From an uncultured virus (IMG/VR IMGVR_UViG_3300030708_001952) (lineage: Duplodnaviria; Heunggongvirae; Uroviricota; Caudoviricetes): DNA of 64,000 bases. Position numbers and translations under genes: made by a program. The stretch lies in the IMG/VR virus record IMGVR_UViG_3300030708_001952. One strand, 5' to 3'. The notes below the pieces were generated by a model. The model had not been told where the DNA came from. It ran no database searches and was given only the letters and a program-made list of their open reading frames with translations. Shown piece after piece: positions 26,361 through 36,524 of the stretch (positions are counted from its first letter, which is position 1; each line of letters opens with the position of its first letter).

Positions 26361-27230
26361 ATGGCACAACAGACCAACAAACAAGACCAATATGGTCTTT
26401 TTTCGGTTTTTCCCAAATTCATCTATCGGGGAAAACTGCAAACACACGAGAAGTGGAAAAATCTCATTGTTCCCATCATTGAGGAACGCTACAAGCTCGA
26501 AAAAGGCAGTAACGCCAACAAAGACGATTCTCCCGCGTGTTGGGAGTGCGACTGCTTCACCACTTTCTTCGATAAGTCCTTGATGGACCATACTTTGGAG
26601 AAAGAGATCGACATTCAGGCTTTGCTTCAGGATCTTTCTACGAATATCCAAGAAGCCATCAAACTCGCTGAGTTCTACCCGCACGCCTTCCTGGTTGCTC
26701 AGCAGTGGTTCAACGCATACGGTCCTGGTCAAAACCAGGAACAGCATAACCACATTCCCTCACACCTCTCTGCAATTTACTACCTGCAGTTTGACCCTAA
26801 GTGCCATAAGGGCACGAGCTTCATCAATGCAGAGAAGATGTATACCGAAGGACCTCGGTATAACAAGCACTTCTATGATCCCGATATGTATGGATATGGG
26901 TGCTACAAGGAAGAGATGACTCTGACTTGTGATGAAGGTGATGTGATCATCTTCCCCTCTCAACTCGATCATATGGTCCACAAGCAACCAGGTATTGAGA
27001 AGAACCCTGATGGTACACTCCGTATCTCATTCTCTTTCAATATCGACCTTGTGAGTGAAAGCGAAGCAAAAGATCGTTTGGGTGATGCAATGGCACAAGC
27101 AGCCTCTGTAAACCCTGATGACAACACTATTCCTCTGGAAATGGTTAAAGAAGGTCAACGTCGCCAAGAAAACCCTGGAGACGTTGGAAGTCAGGAAACC
27201 AAAGAAGAATGGTCATCTGACTGGTTCTAA
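26361..27230 (+). CDS. 2OG-Fe(II) oxygenase (TIGR02466-like)
   Basis: WFNAY...HNH...LSAIYY...EGDVIIFPSQLDH...RISFSFN; upstream ATAAATA at 26331. Confidence 0.88.
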   Translation: MAQQTNKQDQYGLFSVFPKFIYRGKLQTHEKWKNLIVPIIEERYKLEKGSNANKDDSPACWECDCFTTFFDKSLMDHTLEKEIDIQALLQDLSTNIQEAIKLAEFYPHAFLVAQQWFNAYGPGQNQEQHNHIPSHLSAIYYLQFDPKCHKGTSFINAEKMYTEGPRYNKHFYDPDMYGYGCYKEEMTLTCDEGDVIIFPSQLDHMVHKQPGIEKNPDGTLRISFSFNIDLVSESEAKDRLGDAMAQAASVNPDDNTIPLEMVKEGQRRQENPGDVGSQETKEEWSSDWF

Positions 27231-27270
27231 CGCTATAATTAGGAGGTGTAAACCTCCTTTTTTATTGGCT

Positions 27271-27435
27271 ATGCCCCGCAACCAAGTCGAAAGAGCAGAG
27301 TTAGAAGTTCGAGTTCTTAAATTAAAGAACGAATTATATGATGGAACTCATCACGATCGTAGTGGTGAATGGCACGATGGAGCGCATACTATGCTTAACC
27401 GTATACTTGACATCTTGCAAGAATACCATCTATAA
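27271..27435 (+). CDS. Hypothetical protein
   Basis: MPRNQVERAELEVRVLKLKNELY... Confidence 0.7.
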   Translation: MPRNQVERAELEVRVLKLKNELYDGTHHDRSGEWHDGAHTMLNRILDILQEYHL

Positions 27436-27438
27436 TAG

Positions 27439-27654
27439 ATGAAACAACCTATTATTATGCACTACAAACCCTATTCCCCTGAGTGGCACAGATATAGGTA
27501 TTTGAAAGAAGCGCTCGATAAATACCTAGACGACTATGTTGAGAATGACGTCATTCGTGATGACATTCTCAGCATTCTAGAATCCCGCTCTGAATCAGCA
27601 ATGGCTGAATTCAACAGAATCTCTGAATTAGAAGCAAAACTGCGAAACGACTAA
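27439..27654 (+). CDS. Hypothetical protein
   Basis: YKPYSPEWHRYRYLKEALDKYLDD. Confidence 0.7.
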   Translation: MKQPIIMHYKPYSPEWHRYRYLKEALDKYLDDYVENDVIRDDILSILESRSESAMAEFNRISELEAKLRND

Positions 27655-27969
27655 ATGCTCTCTACTGCCTATCGACTCCGATTGGAGTTTATCTGTAAAA
27701 AGATTGCTAACAAAGAAGAAGTCAAATTGGAGGATATGATTTGGGCAGAAAAACTTGCTAAGAGACATACTACTGCCCGTGATTGGTTAAACCAGGCACG
27801 AAGACAGGCTGCTCTCGATATCGAAGAGGGCACTATTGATGATTTTATGAACAAGATGGGTTTAGGTGATCCTGACCCATCAAACTACAAAACAGGATTT
27901 GACGGTGCAGATGACATCAACGAATGGTTCGGAAGAGACAAACCAGACGACTGGCGTCAGCGTGACTAA
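27655..27969 (+). CDS. Conserved cyanophage hypothetical protein
   Basis: MLSTAYRLRLEFIC...GLGDPDPSNY...DWRQRD. Confidence 0.8.
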   Translation: MLSTAYRLRLEFICKKIANKEEVKLEDMIWAEKLAKRHTTARDWLNQARRQAALDIEEGTIDDFMNKMGLGDPDPSNYKTGFDGADDINEWFGRDKPDDWRQRD

Positions 27970-27970
27970 T

Positions 27971-28114
27971 ATGAACATCGCCAAAAATCTCCTAGAGAAG
28001 GTTGGCGAGTTACTAGACGCTGAAGTACAATACGTTGTCTGTTGCGACAAAAAAACCCAACACAAGAAAATCGTAATTGAGTATGACCACGGCAGTAATC
28101 TACACAAACGGTAG
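27971..28114 (+). CDS. Hypothetical protein
   Basis: Short ORF in operon, HKKIVIEY. Confidence 0.55.
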   Translation: MNIAKNLLEKVGELLDAEVQYVVCCDKKTQHKKIVIEYDHGSNLHKR

Positions 28115-28328
28115 TCAAGAGTGTGAGCGTATGGCATCTCTCCTAGCAAGTTTGGATGATGTCAGCGAATTTTTAGAATATCGTCTCGATAAGCATTTTA
28201 ATCAATCTGCGTTTTTGGACGAATTCGGAGCAGAGGCTACATATCCCCAAGTTGCTTTCGGAAACCAGCATATTGGGGATATGAAGACCACACTACGGTT
28301 TTTATCTGATAAGGGAATGTTCGTCTGA
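28083..28328 (+). CDS. Glutaredoxin-like protein (single Cys)
   Basis: SQEC, ATYPQV, HIG. Confidence 0.8.
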   Translation: MTTAVIYTNGSQECERMASLLASLDDVSEFLEYRLDKHFNQSAFLDEFGAEATYPQVAFGNQHIGDMKTTLRFLSDKGMFV

Positions 28329-28334
28329 TAAATA
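28328..28334 (+). promoter_or_regulatory. T4-type late promoter
   Basis: ATAAATA 35 bp before the large structural gene; same box at 41391 and 54969. Confidence 0.7.
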
Positions 28335-28369
28335 CCAAACAGGATATCCACCACATAATATTTTAGGTA

Positions 28370-31300
28370 ATGGCACTTACCAGACTAGAGAATCTAATTT
28401 CCAGTAAGACTGGACGTTTTGTTTATGTGTCACCTGATGACTTTAATGCGTCAGATGATGTAAACAACAGGGGTAACTCCCCAACACGCCCTTTTAAGAG
28501 TATTCAGCGTGCTTTCCTAGAAGTAGCTAGATTCTCCTATAAATCGGGTCCTGATAATGACCGATTTGACGAGTTTACAGTTGTGTTGTCTCCTGGAGAC
28601 CACTACATTGATAACCGTCCTGGTGTTGCAAGTGCCTCTCAGATTCCTGATTTTAACACCAACGTGAACTTCGATCTGGGTAACTCCCAGAACGACTTGT
28701 ATAAGTTCAACTCTACGACTGGTGGTGTTATCGTACCTCGTGGTACATCCTTGGTGGGTATGGACCTTCGTAAGACGAAGATCCGTCCTTTGTTCGTGCC
28801 GAACCCAACTGACAATAGTATCCCAAGTACGTCAATCTTCAATGTGACGGGTGGATGTTATTTCTGGCAGTTTTCAATCTTTGATGGTAAGCAGCGCGTA
28901 TACTTCGACAACTCGGGTAACAAGGCTAACCCGACGTTCTCTCACCACAAGATTACAATCTTCGAGTTCGCAGATGCAGAGGATCTGACTCTCTACTACG
29001 ACAAGATAGGCGACGCCTATGAAAATCTGGTTACAGATATCAACGTCGATCAAGCCATCGAAGAAACGGACCTTGAGAACCGCATTGTGGGTCCGCTATC
29101 TGATAAGAAGGTCATTGAATCGATCACGCCACAAGCTCTTGGAGGCAATGCCACCGAGATTCGCGTTAAGACTAAAGCGCCTCACGGCTATTTCGTGGGT
29201 CAGTTTGTTACTATTGATGATACTGGTCTTACAAACGACTTACACGGTTCTTTCCTAATCACACGTCTTGATCCAGCAGATAACACTCTGCTGTATTATC
29301 GTGTCAATACTTCTATTACATCTCTGATCTCTGGTCAGACATATACTACAGCATCACTTCCTCCCAACAGACTGAACGAAAACGCTGTTGTTCAGGCTGA
29401 GATTGATACTGTTGACTCTGCGTCTCCTTATATCTTTAACCTGTCGATCCGTTCGACCTGGGGTCTGTGCGGTATGCACGCCAATGGTTCTAAGGTTACT
29501 GGTTTCAAGTCGATGGTGTGCGCCCAGTATACGGGTGTGTCACTGCAGAAGGATGACCGCGCATTTACCAAGTTCAACGAAGAAACAGCACAATTTGAAT
29601 CTGCCTGGAATGGCGTTGCTGTTACTGACCCTGAAGAACTGGCAACAGGATCATTCGCTACCACTCCCTACCACACTGATGGTAGAGCATACTTTAAGAA
29701 CGAGTGGAGAAACGCTCACGTCAGACTGTCGAACGATGCGTTCATTCAGGCTGTGTCCATCTTCGCGGTGGGTTTCGCAGATCACTTCCTGATTGAGTCT
29801 GGTGCTGACATCTCTATCACCAACTCTAACTCTAACTTCGGTAACACCGCTCTGGATGCTATCGGATTTAAGGGATTTGCATTCTTCCAAGATAAGCACG
29901 GTTTCATTACCGATATTATCCCGCCTCAAACCATTGATATCGAGGATACTGCACAACCTCCTTATTATGGTATTGATATTCTTTCATCGAAAGAACCTTC
30001 TGGTACAACACGTGTCTATCTGGCAGGTGAGCCTGAAGAAGTTGCTGATCCTGATAACACTCCGACTTATATCCTGCAGGATTATAAGATTGGTGGTAAG
30101 AGAAATGATAGGATCTTCGCTAAGTTGGATCCCGACATTCAGTCTGGTGAATCTGGTCCCCAGGAGAAGTCTGCACAACTTTTCCCCTCAGGATTTGACG
30201 ATTTCACTATCAACACTCTGTCCACTGCAACACAGTCGGTACAGAATGCTCAAGGTGAAACGATCACCTATCGTGCAACAATCTTTACCTGCCCTGAAGC
30301 ACACGGTCTCTACACTGGTACACCAGTTCGTCTGGTGCCTTTCAGAACCAACAGCAATGTTACTGACGATCTAGTCAGACTGCCTAAGGGTCTGGATCCC
30401 AATACTGTCTATTATGTGATCTCTGCGGGTCGTCACACCGCTCCTGTGCCACCTGATCAGACTTTCCCGACAGAGGACCTCAACACACTGCTTTTGGCAG
30501 CATCTGAGGACGATGCCGCTGCTGGTAACGCTATCTACGTTCCTGAGGCTCTGAACTCTGGTGTTCAGATCAGAATGCAGCAGTACATCTTCGATGTGAA
30601 CCCGACTCCGTTTAAGTACAAGGTCACCAATGCTGACCCTGCTACTAACGAATTCACCCTGGAGTCTGCTCACGTCTTTGATAAGGGTTTCGCTACTAAA
30701 GCAGCAACCCCTGTGTTCTTCCGTGCTAAGCCTGGTTCCCAGTTGCCTGGTGGTATCAATGCCAACACAATGTATTATGTCATCTATGACAATACAAACG
30801 GCAACATCAATAAATTCAAGGTTGCAACTACTGCAGCACTTGCTATCCAAGGTGGTGGTGTTCCTTACTCCTTCAACTCTAGCGGTACCGTTGGTGTCTC
30901 TGGTCAGGATGAAGTTTATGTGTACTCCTGCAATACCAGACACCCGCTGAGATATGACCCTGAGATGACTGCATCTCCTGGTCGCAATGGTCAGTGGTAT
31001 CTGAATGTGTTGAACACTGGTTCTCAACCCAACCAGATTTACACTCGTGTTTCTACGCTGGATGAATATGTCAATGAAGAAGTCATCACAACCGCAAACA
31101 CCTACATCAAGCGTATCAACGATCGCCGTAGGGAAGATGACCGTATCTACAGATTCAGATACGTTGTTCCCAAGGAAACCGATAACGTGCGAGAGCCGCT
31201 GCTCGGTTATGTCCTTAAAGTCAGAACAGACGAAAATAGAAGACTGAGACCTCAGAAGATCGTCCTGGCTGCAGTTGACGGTACATCTGACCTGCCTGTA

Positions 31301-34300
31301 TTCTATGGCGCATCTCCTACAGTTGATGCTAATGGTAACAACCAAGAGATTCAGGAAGACCTGAACTATGATCCATATCTCTCTGGTAACCTGAAGTCGC
31401 TGGTTTCTGACGCTGGTATTAAGTTCACCATTCAGTCTGCACGACAGAAGATGGTTAGCGGCGCTAACCGTATTGAACTTACAGTCTTTGACCACACTAT
31501 CAATAGCAATATCGCTGCTGGTACTGCACTTCCTTCTGGTACTATTCTGACTGAAGTCAAACTCAGTAGTGTTACTGGATCTTTCCAAGAGGGTCTTGCT
31601 GTTGCTTGGTCTGGATTCTCTAGCAGCACTTCTATCAGTGGTAGCCTGCCTACCGTCCATAAGATCTTCACAGAATCTGGTGTTACTCGCCTGGTCCTGA
31701 GATCTGACTTCTCTCTGCTGCCGTATCTGAAGTATGACGACGGCACTTCTACTATTCTTGCTAGCGGATCTGCTACAGGTATTCTTGCTGAGAAGCCTAA
31801 CGGTGGTCGCGACGACTTCACCAAGTTCGATGATGACCTTGGTAGACAGTATGTTATCCGTAATGCTCCTGCTTACACTCTGACTCCTGGCGACTTTGTT
31901 CGTGACGAAGCAGATGGTAACCAGAAAGACTATAAGATCCTGAGTGTTGAGGATGTTGATGAGATCGATAACACATACTATGTGTATCGTGTCAAGACTC
32001 TGCGCCGCAGAATCTACAACCAGCAGGATGGTATCTACTACCTGACTTGCCTGCGTGGTGACTTCTCTCCTTCTGTTACTGAGTTCAACAGCTTTAAGTT
32101 CGGTCACCCGACTGAGAGACTGTATCCTGAACTGTTTGCTGATGATCCGCTGTGGTTCGACGTCGATGGTGATGGTTCTACCACACCTGACGCACCTGCA
32201 ACAATCTCTACCGCTGATAACTATATTCACGGTTTGGTGCAGGCTGACGATAACAAGAACAGCATCACCAAGGAAGCAATCGGTAACTTCCTGACAAATA
32301 TCGGGAGATCATCTACTATCACACTGTCTGCTAGAGATGGTAAGGCAGTTGCTTCACGTGAAGATCGTAGAATCCCGATCGAAGGTAGCAGCACCGATGT
32401 TGCCGATAAGCGTGTGTATGTGGAACTCCGTCGTCCTTCTCAGGCACGTTCTGGTAACCACACCTTTGAATACACTGGTTTCGGTCCTGGTAACTACTCC
32501 ACCGCATTCCCCTCTAGACAGGAGTATGTGCTCTCTGACGATGAAGTCCTGTTCTCACAGGCTAAGCGTCAAGACGGCGGTGTGGTCTTCTACTCTGGTC
32601 TGAACGCCAACGGTGACCTGTTCGTGGGTAACCAGCGTATTAACGCTATCTCTGGTGAAGAGACCAAGATTGATGACTCTGTGCTGCGAGTTGCTGGTGA
32701 GAACGTCGATGAAGAGGAGAACACCACTGACCTCACAATCGATACTCTGACGGTTACAAACAAAGTTAAGTTTGACCTGAACACCAGTTTCGAGGTTTCT
32801 GCTCCTGACGGTACCTTCTTCTCCACCCCTGTTACGATTGAGGTGGGCGATCAGTTCGCTGATGATAGCGCTGATCCTCCGTCCCTGAAGATCGTCTCGG
32901 TTGCTAACACTGGCGTCTCTGGTGTTGACCCTGTTCTGGTTGAGACTGACATCAATGTCAATCCTCCGTTCAAGCCCAACACTATTGAGTTTGCTGTCTG
33001 GCGTATCAACCCCAGAAACATCTCTTCTGGTGTCCAGTATGAGATCAAGGCATCTAAGGACAAGACTGTCCCCATCTCTGACAACTTCAAAGGTGAGGGT
33101 ACTATCCAACTGCGTGGTACTCAGACTGTTGGTGAGGCACATAGAATCTCCAATGTCAACTACAACACCTCTCTTGGTTGGATCTGGTGTCAGATCGGTG
33201 GATTCCAATCTGGTGAAACTCCCTCCTATGGCTGGAGAGAGTGGGGTCTGATCGGTACCGATGCTCTGACCACCTACACCACTGGTGCTGGTTCTAGTGC
33301 TGGTTCTACAGGCGACGATATGCGCCTGGGCATCAACCTCAAGAACAAGCGTACTACAAATAGTGGTGTCATTCCTGCTCAGACACTGGATGTAGAAGGT
33401 TCTGCAGTTATCAGCAACTCCCTGTGGGTTGGTGGTGACAATCAAAATACCGCTGGTATTCACACCTTCCGCGTCTTCGATGACGATAACAACGGTATCG
33501 GTCGTGTCTCGATCAACGTCGGTGACACTGCTGAAGTGACTGGTATGACTGGTCTGTTCGTTGGCGGTGACGTCATCGTTCGTGCTGGTGCAGTTGGCGC
33601 TGCTCCGTCTGAAGCCGTTGGTGGTGGTCAGTCAAATGGCAACCTGACAATCGATGGTGACCTCACCGTTCTGGGTGGTGGTGACAGCGAGATCGTTGGT
33701 GACCTGACTGTTACACAAGATCTGTTCGTCCGTGGCGGCAACGCTAAGATGTTCAGAGTCGATAGCGGTACTGGCTCTGACAACCTGCGTTCTGACATCA
33801 AACAAGATGATGCAGATGCAGCAAACAACTATGTGACCTATCACGGTCAGAACTTCGTTGTTGGTGAAGAGGATTATAACGCTGATGTGTTTGCTGATGA
33901 TTCCACCGCTAAGTTGGTGATCAAGGCAAATGGTTCTGCAAGAATTGGTGATGCCGATGGTGGCATCCAGATGGATCAGAACAGCAACGTTTCTATCAAC
34001 CTTGCTTCTCCTGAGGCTAACTACAGACTGAGTGTCAACGGTTCTACCCGTATTGACATCGAAGGTGGTGAGGTTATTAAGGTTACTGACGGCGATGACT
34101 CCAGATTGGTGATGCAACCGACTGGACTGATTAAGTTTGTTGGTAGTGGTACAGAGACTGATCCTAGAGCACAGATGGGTGCTGCTGGTGATCTGACTCT
34201 GGGTAGTGATCTTCTGATTAAGAAGCTCCACATCAATGATGACACCACATTCTATGTTGATTCTGCTAACGGTAACACGATTATTGGTAATGATACCGAT

Positions 34301-34855
34301 AACAGTGGTACTTTGAGAGTCCACAGCAACACACAATCTACTAGCTACGCTAATGGTGCTGCCATCATTGATGGCGGTCTGGGTGTTGATGGCAATATCA
34401 ATAGCAACGGTAACATTACTGCTACAGGTAATGCTGAGTTTGAAGGTGGTACACTCGACGTTAATGATAATGGTACTAACCGCTTCAAGGTTAATACCGA
34501 CGGTAACATTGATGTTGCTGGTGTTACTGGATACTTCACACCGACTGGTGGTCGTAAGTGGGTTGCTGTTACTACAAACACCACTCTCGTTAGCAACACT
34601 AACTACTATGTGACTGCTGTTACTGGTTCTCAGGTAACGTTGACTCTACCTGCTTCTCCTGCAACTGGTGATCAGATTCGCGTCCTGGATGTGACTGATA
34701 TCTTGACTTATAACAAGTCTATTCTGATTTCGGCACCTGGATCTACTCCGATTCAAGGTGACAGTGCAGGTGACTTGTTAATTCAAACACCTGGTGCAGG
34801 TCTTGGTCTGCTTTATATCAACGCTCTCTATGGTTGGCGTCTAATCGAACTCTGA
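28370..34855 (+). CDS. Large virion structural / tail-fibre protein (2161 aa)
   Basis: MALTRLENL...RPFKSIQRA, GGVIVPRGTSLVGMDLRKT, GHTFEYTGFGPGNYST; beta-rich fibre C-terminus TLPASPATGD...GWRLIEL. Confidence 0.85.
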   Translation: MALTRLENLISSKTGRFVYVSPDDFNASDDVNNRGNSPTRPFKSIQRAFLEVARFSYKSGPDNDRFDEFTVVLSPGDHYIDNRPGVASASQIPDFNTNVNFDLGNSQNDLYKFNSTTGGVIVPRGTSLVGMDLRKTKIRPLFVPNPTDNSIPSTSIFNVTGGCYFWQFSIFDGKQRVYFDNSGNKANPTFSHHKITIFEFADAEDLTLYYDKIGDAYENLVTDINVDQAIEETDLENRIVGPLSDKKVIESITPQALGGNATEIRVKTKAPHGYFVGQFVTIDDTGLTNDLHGSFLITRLDPADNTLLYYRVNTSITSLISGQTYTTASLPPNRLNENAVVQAEIDTVDSASPYIFNLSIRSTWGLCGMHANGSKVTGFKSMVCAQYTGVSLQKDDRAFTKFNEETAQFESAWNGVAVTDPEELATGSFATTPYHTDGRAYFKNEWRNAHVRLSNDAFIQAVSIFAVGFADHFLIESGADISITNSNSNFGNTALDAIGFKGFAFFQDKHGFITDIIPPQTIDIEDTAQPPYYGIDILSSKEPSGTTRVYLAGEPEEVADPDNTPTYILQDYKIGGKRNDRIFAKLDPDIQSGESGPQEKSAQLFPSGFDDFTINTLSTATQSVQNAQGETITYRATIFTCPEAHGLYTGTPVRLVPFRTNSNVTDDLVRLPKGLDPNTVYYVISAGRHTAPVPPDQTFPTEDLNTLLLAASEDDAAAGNAIYVPEALNSGVQIRMQQYIFDVNPTPFKYKVTNADPATNEFTLESAHVFDKGFATKAATPVFFRAKPGSQLPGGINANTMYYVIYDNTNGNINKFKVATTAALAIQGGGVPYSFNSSGTVGVSGQDEVYVYSCNTRHPLRYDPEMTASPGRNGQWYLNVLNTGSQPNQIYTRVSTLDEYVNEEVITTANTYIKRINDRRREDDRIYRFRYVVPKETDNVREPLLGYVLKVRTDENRRLRPQKIVLAAVDGTSDLPVFYGASPTVDANGNNQEIQEDLNYDPYLSGNLKSLVSDAGIKFTIQSARQKMVSGANRIELTVFDHTINSNIAAGTALPSGTILTEVKLSSVTGSFQEGLAVAWSGFSSSTSISGSLPTVHKIFTESGVTRLVLRSDFSLLPYLKYDDGTSTILASGSATGILAEKPNGGRDDFTKFDDDLGRQYVIRNAPAYTLTPGDFVRDEADGNQKDYKILSVEDVDEIDNTYYVYRVKTLRRRIYNQQDGIYYLTCLRGDFSPSVTEFNSFKFGHPTERLYPELFADDPLWFDVDGDGSTTPDAPATISTADNYIHGLVQADDNKNSITKEAIGNFLTNIGRSSTITLSARDGKAVASREDRRIPIEGSSTDVADKRVYVELRRPSQARSGNHTFEYTGFGPGNYSTAFPSRQEYVLSDDEVLFSQAKRQDGGVVFYSGLNANGDLFVGNQRINAISGEETKIDDSVLRVAGENVDEEENTTDLTIDTLTVTNKVKFDLNTSFEVSAPDGTFFSTPVTIEVGDQFADDSADPPSLKIVSVANTGVSGVDPVLVETDINVNPPFKPNTIEFAVWRINPRNISSGVQYEIKASKDKTVPISDNFKGEGTIQLRGTQTVGEAHRISNVNYNTSLGWIWCQIGGFQSGETPSYGWREWGLIGTDALTTYTTGAGSSAGSTGDDMRLGINLKNKRTTNSGVIPAQTLDVEGSAVISNSLWVGGDNQNTAGIHTFRVFDDDNNGIGRVSINVGDTAEVTGMTGLFVGGDVIVRAGAVGAAPSEAVGGGQSNGNLTIDGDLTVLGGGDSEIVGDLTVTQDLFVRGGNAKMFRVDSGTGSDNLRSDIKQDDADAANNYVTYHGQNFVVGEEDYNADVFADDSTAKLVIKANGSARIGDADGGIQMDQNSNVSINLASPEANYRLSVNGSTRIDIEGGEVIKVTDGDDSRLVMQPTGLIKFVGSGTETDPRAQMGAAGDLTLGSDLLIKKLHINDDTTFYVDSANGNTIIGNDTDNSGTLRVHSNTQSTSYANGAAIIDGGLGVDGNINSNGNITATGNAEFEGGTLDVNDNGTNRFKVNTDGNIDVAGVTGYFTPTGGRKWVAVTTNTTLVSNTNYYVTAVTGSQVTLTLPASPATGDQIRVLDVTDILTYNKSILISAPGSTPIQGDSAGDLLIQTPGAGLGLLYINALYGWRLIEL

Positions 34856-35634
34856 TGAAAAATCTAGCACAAATTCGCGGCTTTAAAAATGCCGCGATCG
34901 GTACAATTATGGCGTGGTCGGGATCCAGTAGTGATATTCCTCACGGATGGCTGTCTTGCGATGGATCTGGTTTTCCGAATGATAGATATCCTCTTTTAAA
35001 AGATCTCCTGGGTTATACCTATGGTGGGTCTGATAATGCTGGCACTTTTAATATTCCTAATTTGAACAATAATAGAGTGCCTGTTCATAAGGGAAGTACA
35101 TACACTTCTCAAGGTGGATCTTCATCAGGAAACGTTGGGTTGTATGCTAGTTGGAGTATTTCTGGTAGACCGAATAAAACCGTCTCTTTCGGTGCAATGC
35201 AGATGACAAACTCTAATGCAATGTGGAGTAGAGATGCGTATATTCAACCTAGAATGCTTTCTAGAGAGAATATCCCCAGTCACAGTCATAATGAAACCAT
35301 TGAGAGATGTAATTCCCAGATCCACGGTGGTAACAAAACTGCTGAAACTGGTAGTGAGAAAAATAGAGACTTTGCGACTGGAAACTCAGGAGTGAGTCTT
35401 TCGCGAGCTGGTGGTCCTAATGATGTAGAGGCTCCACGTCAAAATAACTCTTCAGGGCATACTCACGGATCGATTACATATACTGTGAATAAAGGAAGTA
35501 TGGGTGCTGCTTCTTATCAACAGCAGTATTCCAGTGACAATCTCTCCCTAAATAATAATCCTGGTGCTGGTTCTGCCACGCTTCAGTTGACACCACCTTA
35601 TCAGACAGCAGTTTATATAATCAAAGCATTCTAA
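34855..35634 (+). CDS. Tail collar domain protein
   Basis: IGTIMAWSG...PHGWLSCDG...YPLL...YGG...FNIPNL; YIIKAF end. Confidence 0.88.
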   Translation: MKNLAQIRGFKNAAIGTIMAWSGSSSDIPHGWLSCDGSGFPNDRYPLLKDLLGYTYGGSDNAGTFNIPNLNNNRVPVHKGSTYTSQGGSSSGNVGLYASWSISGRPNKTVSFGAMQMTNSNAMWSRDAYIQPRMLSRENIPSHSHNETIERCNSQIHGGNKTAETGSEKNRDFATGNSGVSLSRAGGPNDVEAPRQNNSSGHTHGSITYTVNKGSMGAASYQQQYSSDNLSLNNNPGAGSATLQLTPPYQTAVYIIKAF

Positions 35635-36524
35635 TGGCTAGAGTATATTCATCAGCAAGGGGGAATCAGGGTGTTGCACCTGGGATGATTTTCCCTTTTT
35701 CACGAGAATGTCAAACTGTAAGCGTTAAGAATGAGCGTGTTCCTGGTGGATACTTGCGCTGTGATGGCTCTATCTATCAAGCAAGGGACTATCCTGAACT
35801 TGCGAGAGTTATTGGCGTTGGAAATAGTGGTGGCGGAGGTGTCAGTGCTTGTAGGTATCCTACTGGCGTTGCTGGAGGAACCCTTCTGAATCCTACTTTT
35901 GATTCAGAAAATAACTTTATTAACGGTACTTTCGCAGTTCCGAATTTAGGTGCGAAAGTTCTGGTACCATCTGCCACTGCTGGTCAGCAATTTATGGGTA
36001 ATACCCGTATGGATGGTAATGGAACATATGAAAGGGCTGGTATTGGATATCAAGCAACTATTCAAAACACAGTTTATAGTTCGTTCAATGGATATGTGAC
36101 TACTCCTGGTAGAACTAACGAATCTCTTGAAGGTACACCAATTTTACAGTTGAGTTCGACAACTACAACACCAACTTCTATTGATACTTCATTTACTGCT
36201 GGTCACACTCACGGTGGTGCAGACTTTAGCGTAACAAATACCGTAAATATGGGTATTGACACCGATATGCAGGATAGTAAAGATATCCGCATCGAAGGTG
36301 TTAATATTAACACTAAAACTATCGATAGTTCTGCAGCATCATTTTCCCATAACCACCAAATATCGGGATATGGTTGTACAAATAACTTAGAATATACCCA
36401 TCCCCCGCAGAATATCTCTTTTGCAGGAACATCTGCTCAAGCGATGGTTACTGCAGATCCAAGAGAAGCTTTGGATCACGTGACCACTCCTTATATGATC
36501 TTAGAGTACATCATCAAATTCTAA
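35634..36524 (+). CDS. Tail collar domain protein
   Basis: PGMIFPF, PGGYLRCDGS, YPELARVIG, FAVPNL, YIIKF. Confidence 0.88.
   Translation: MARVYSSARGNQGVAPGMIFPFSRECQTVSVKNERVPGGYLRCDGSIYQARDYPELARVIGVGNSGGGGVSACRYPTGVAGGTLLNPTFDSENNFINGTFAVPNLGAKVLVPSATAGQQFMGNTRMDGNGTYERAGIGYQATIQNTVYSSFNGYVTTPGRTNESLEGTPILQLSSTTTTPTSIDTSFTAGHTHGGADFSVTNTVNMGIDTDMQDSKDIRIEGVNINTKTIDSSAASFSHNHQISGYGCTNNLEYTHPPQNISFAGTSAQAMVTADPREALDHVTTPYMILEYIIKF

Noticed and set aside
30371..33463. Long antisense ORFs (619 and 302 aa), and similar ones at 38450-39586, 43919-46432 and 50049-51134
   Set aside because: Shadows of strong codon bias in the large + strand structural genes; no motifs, RBS or promoters.
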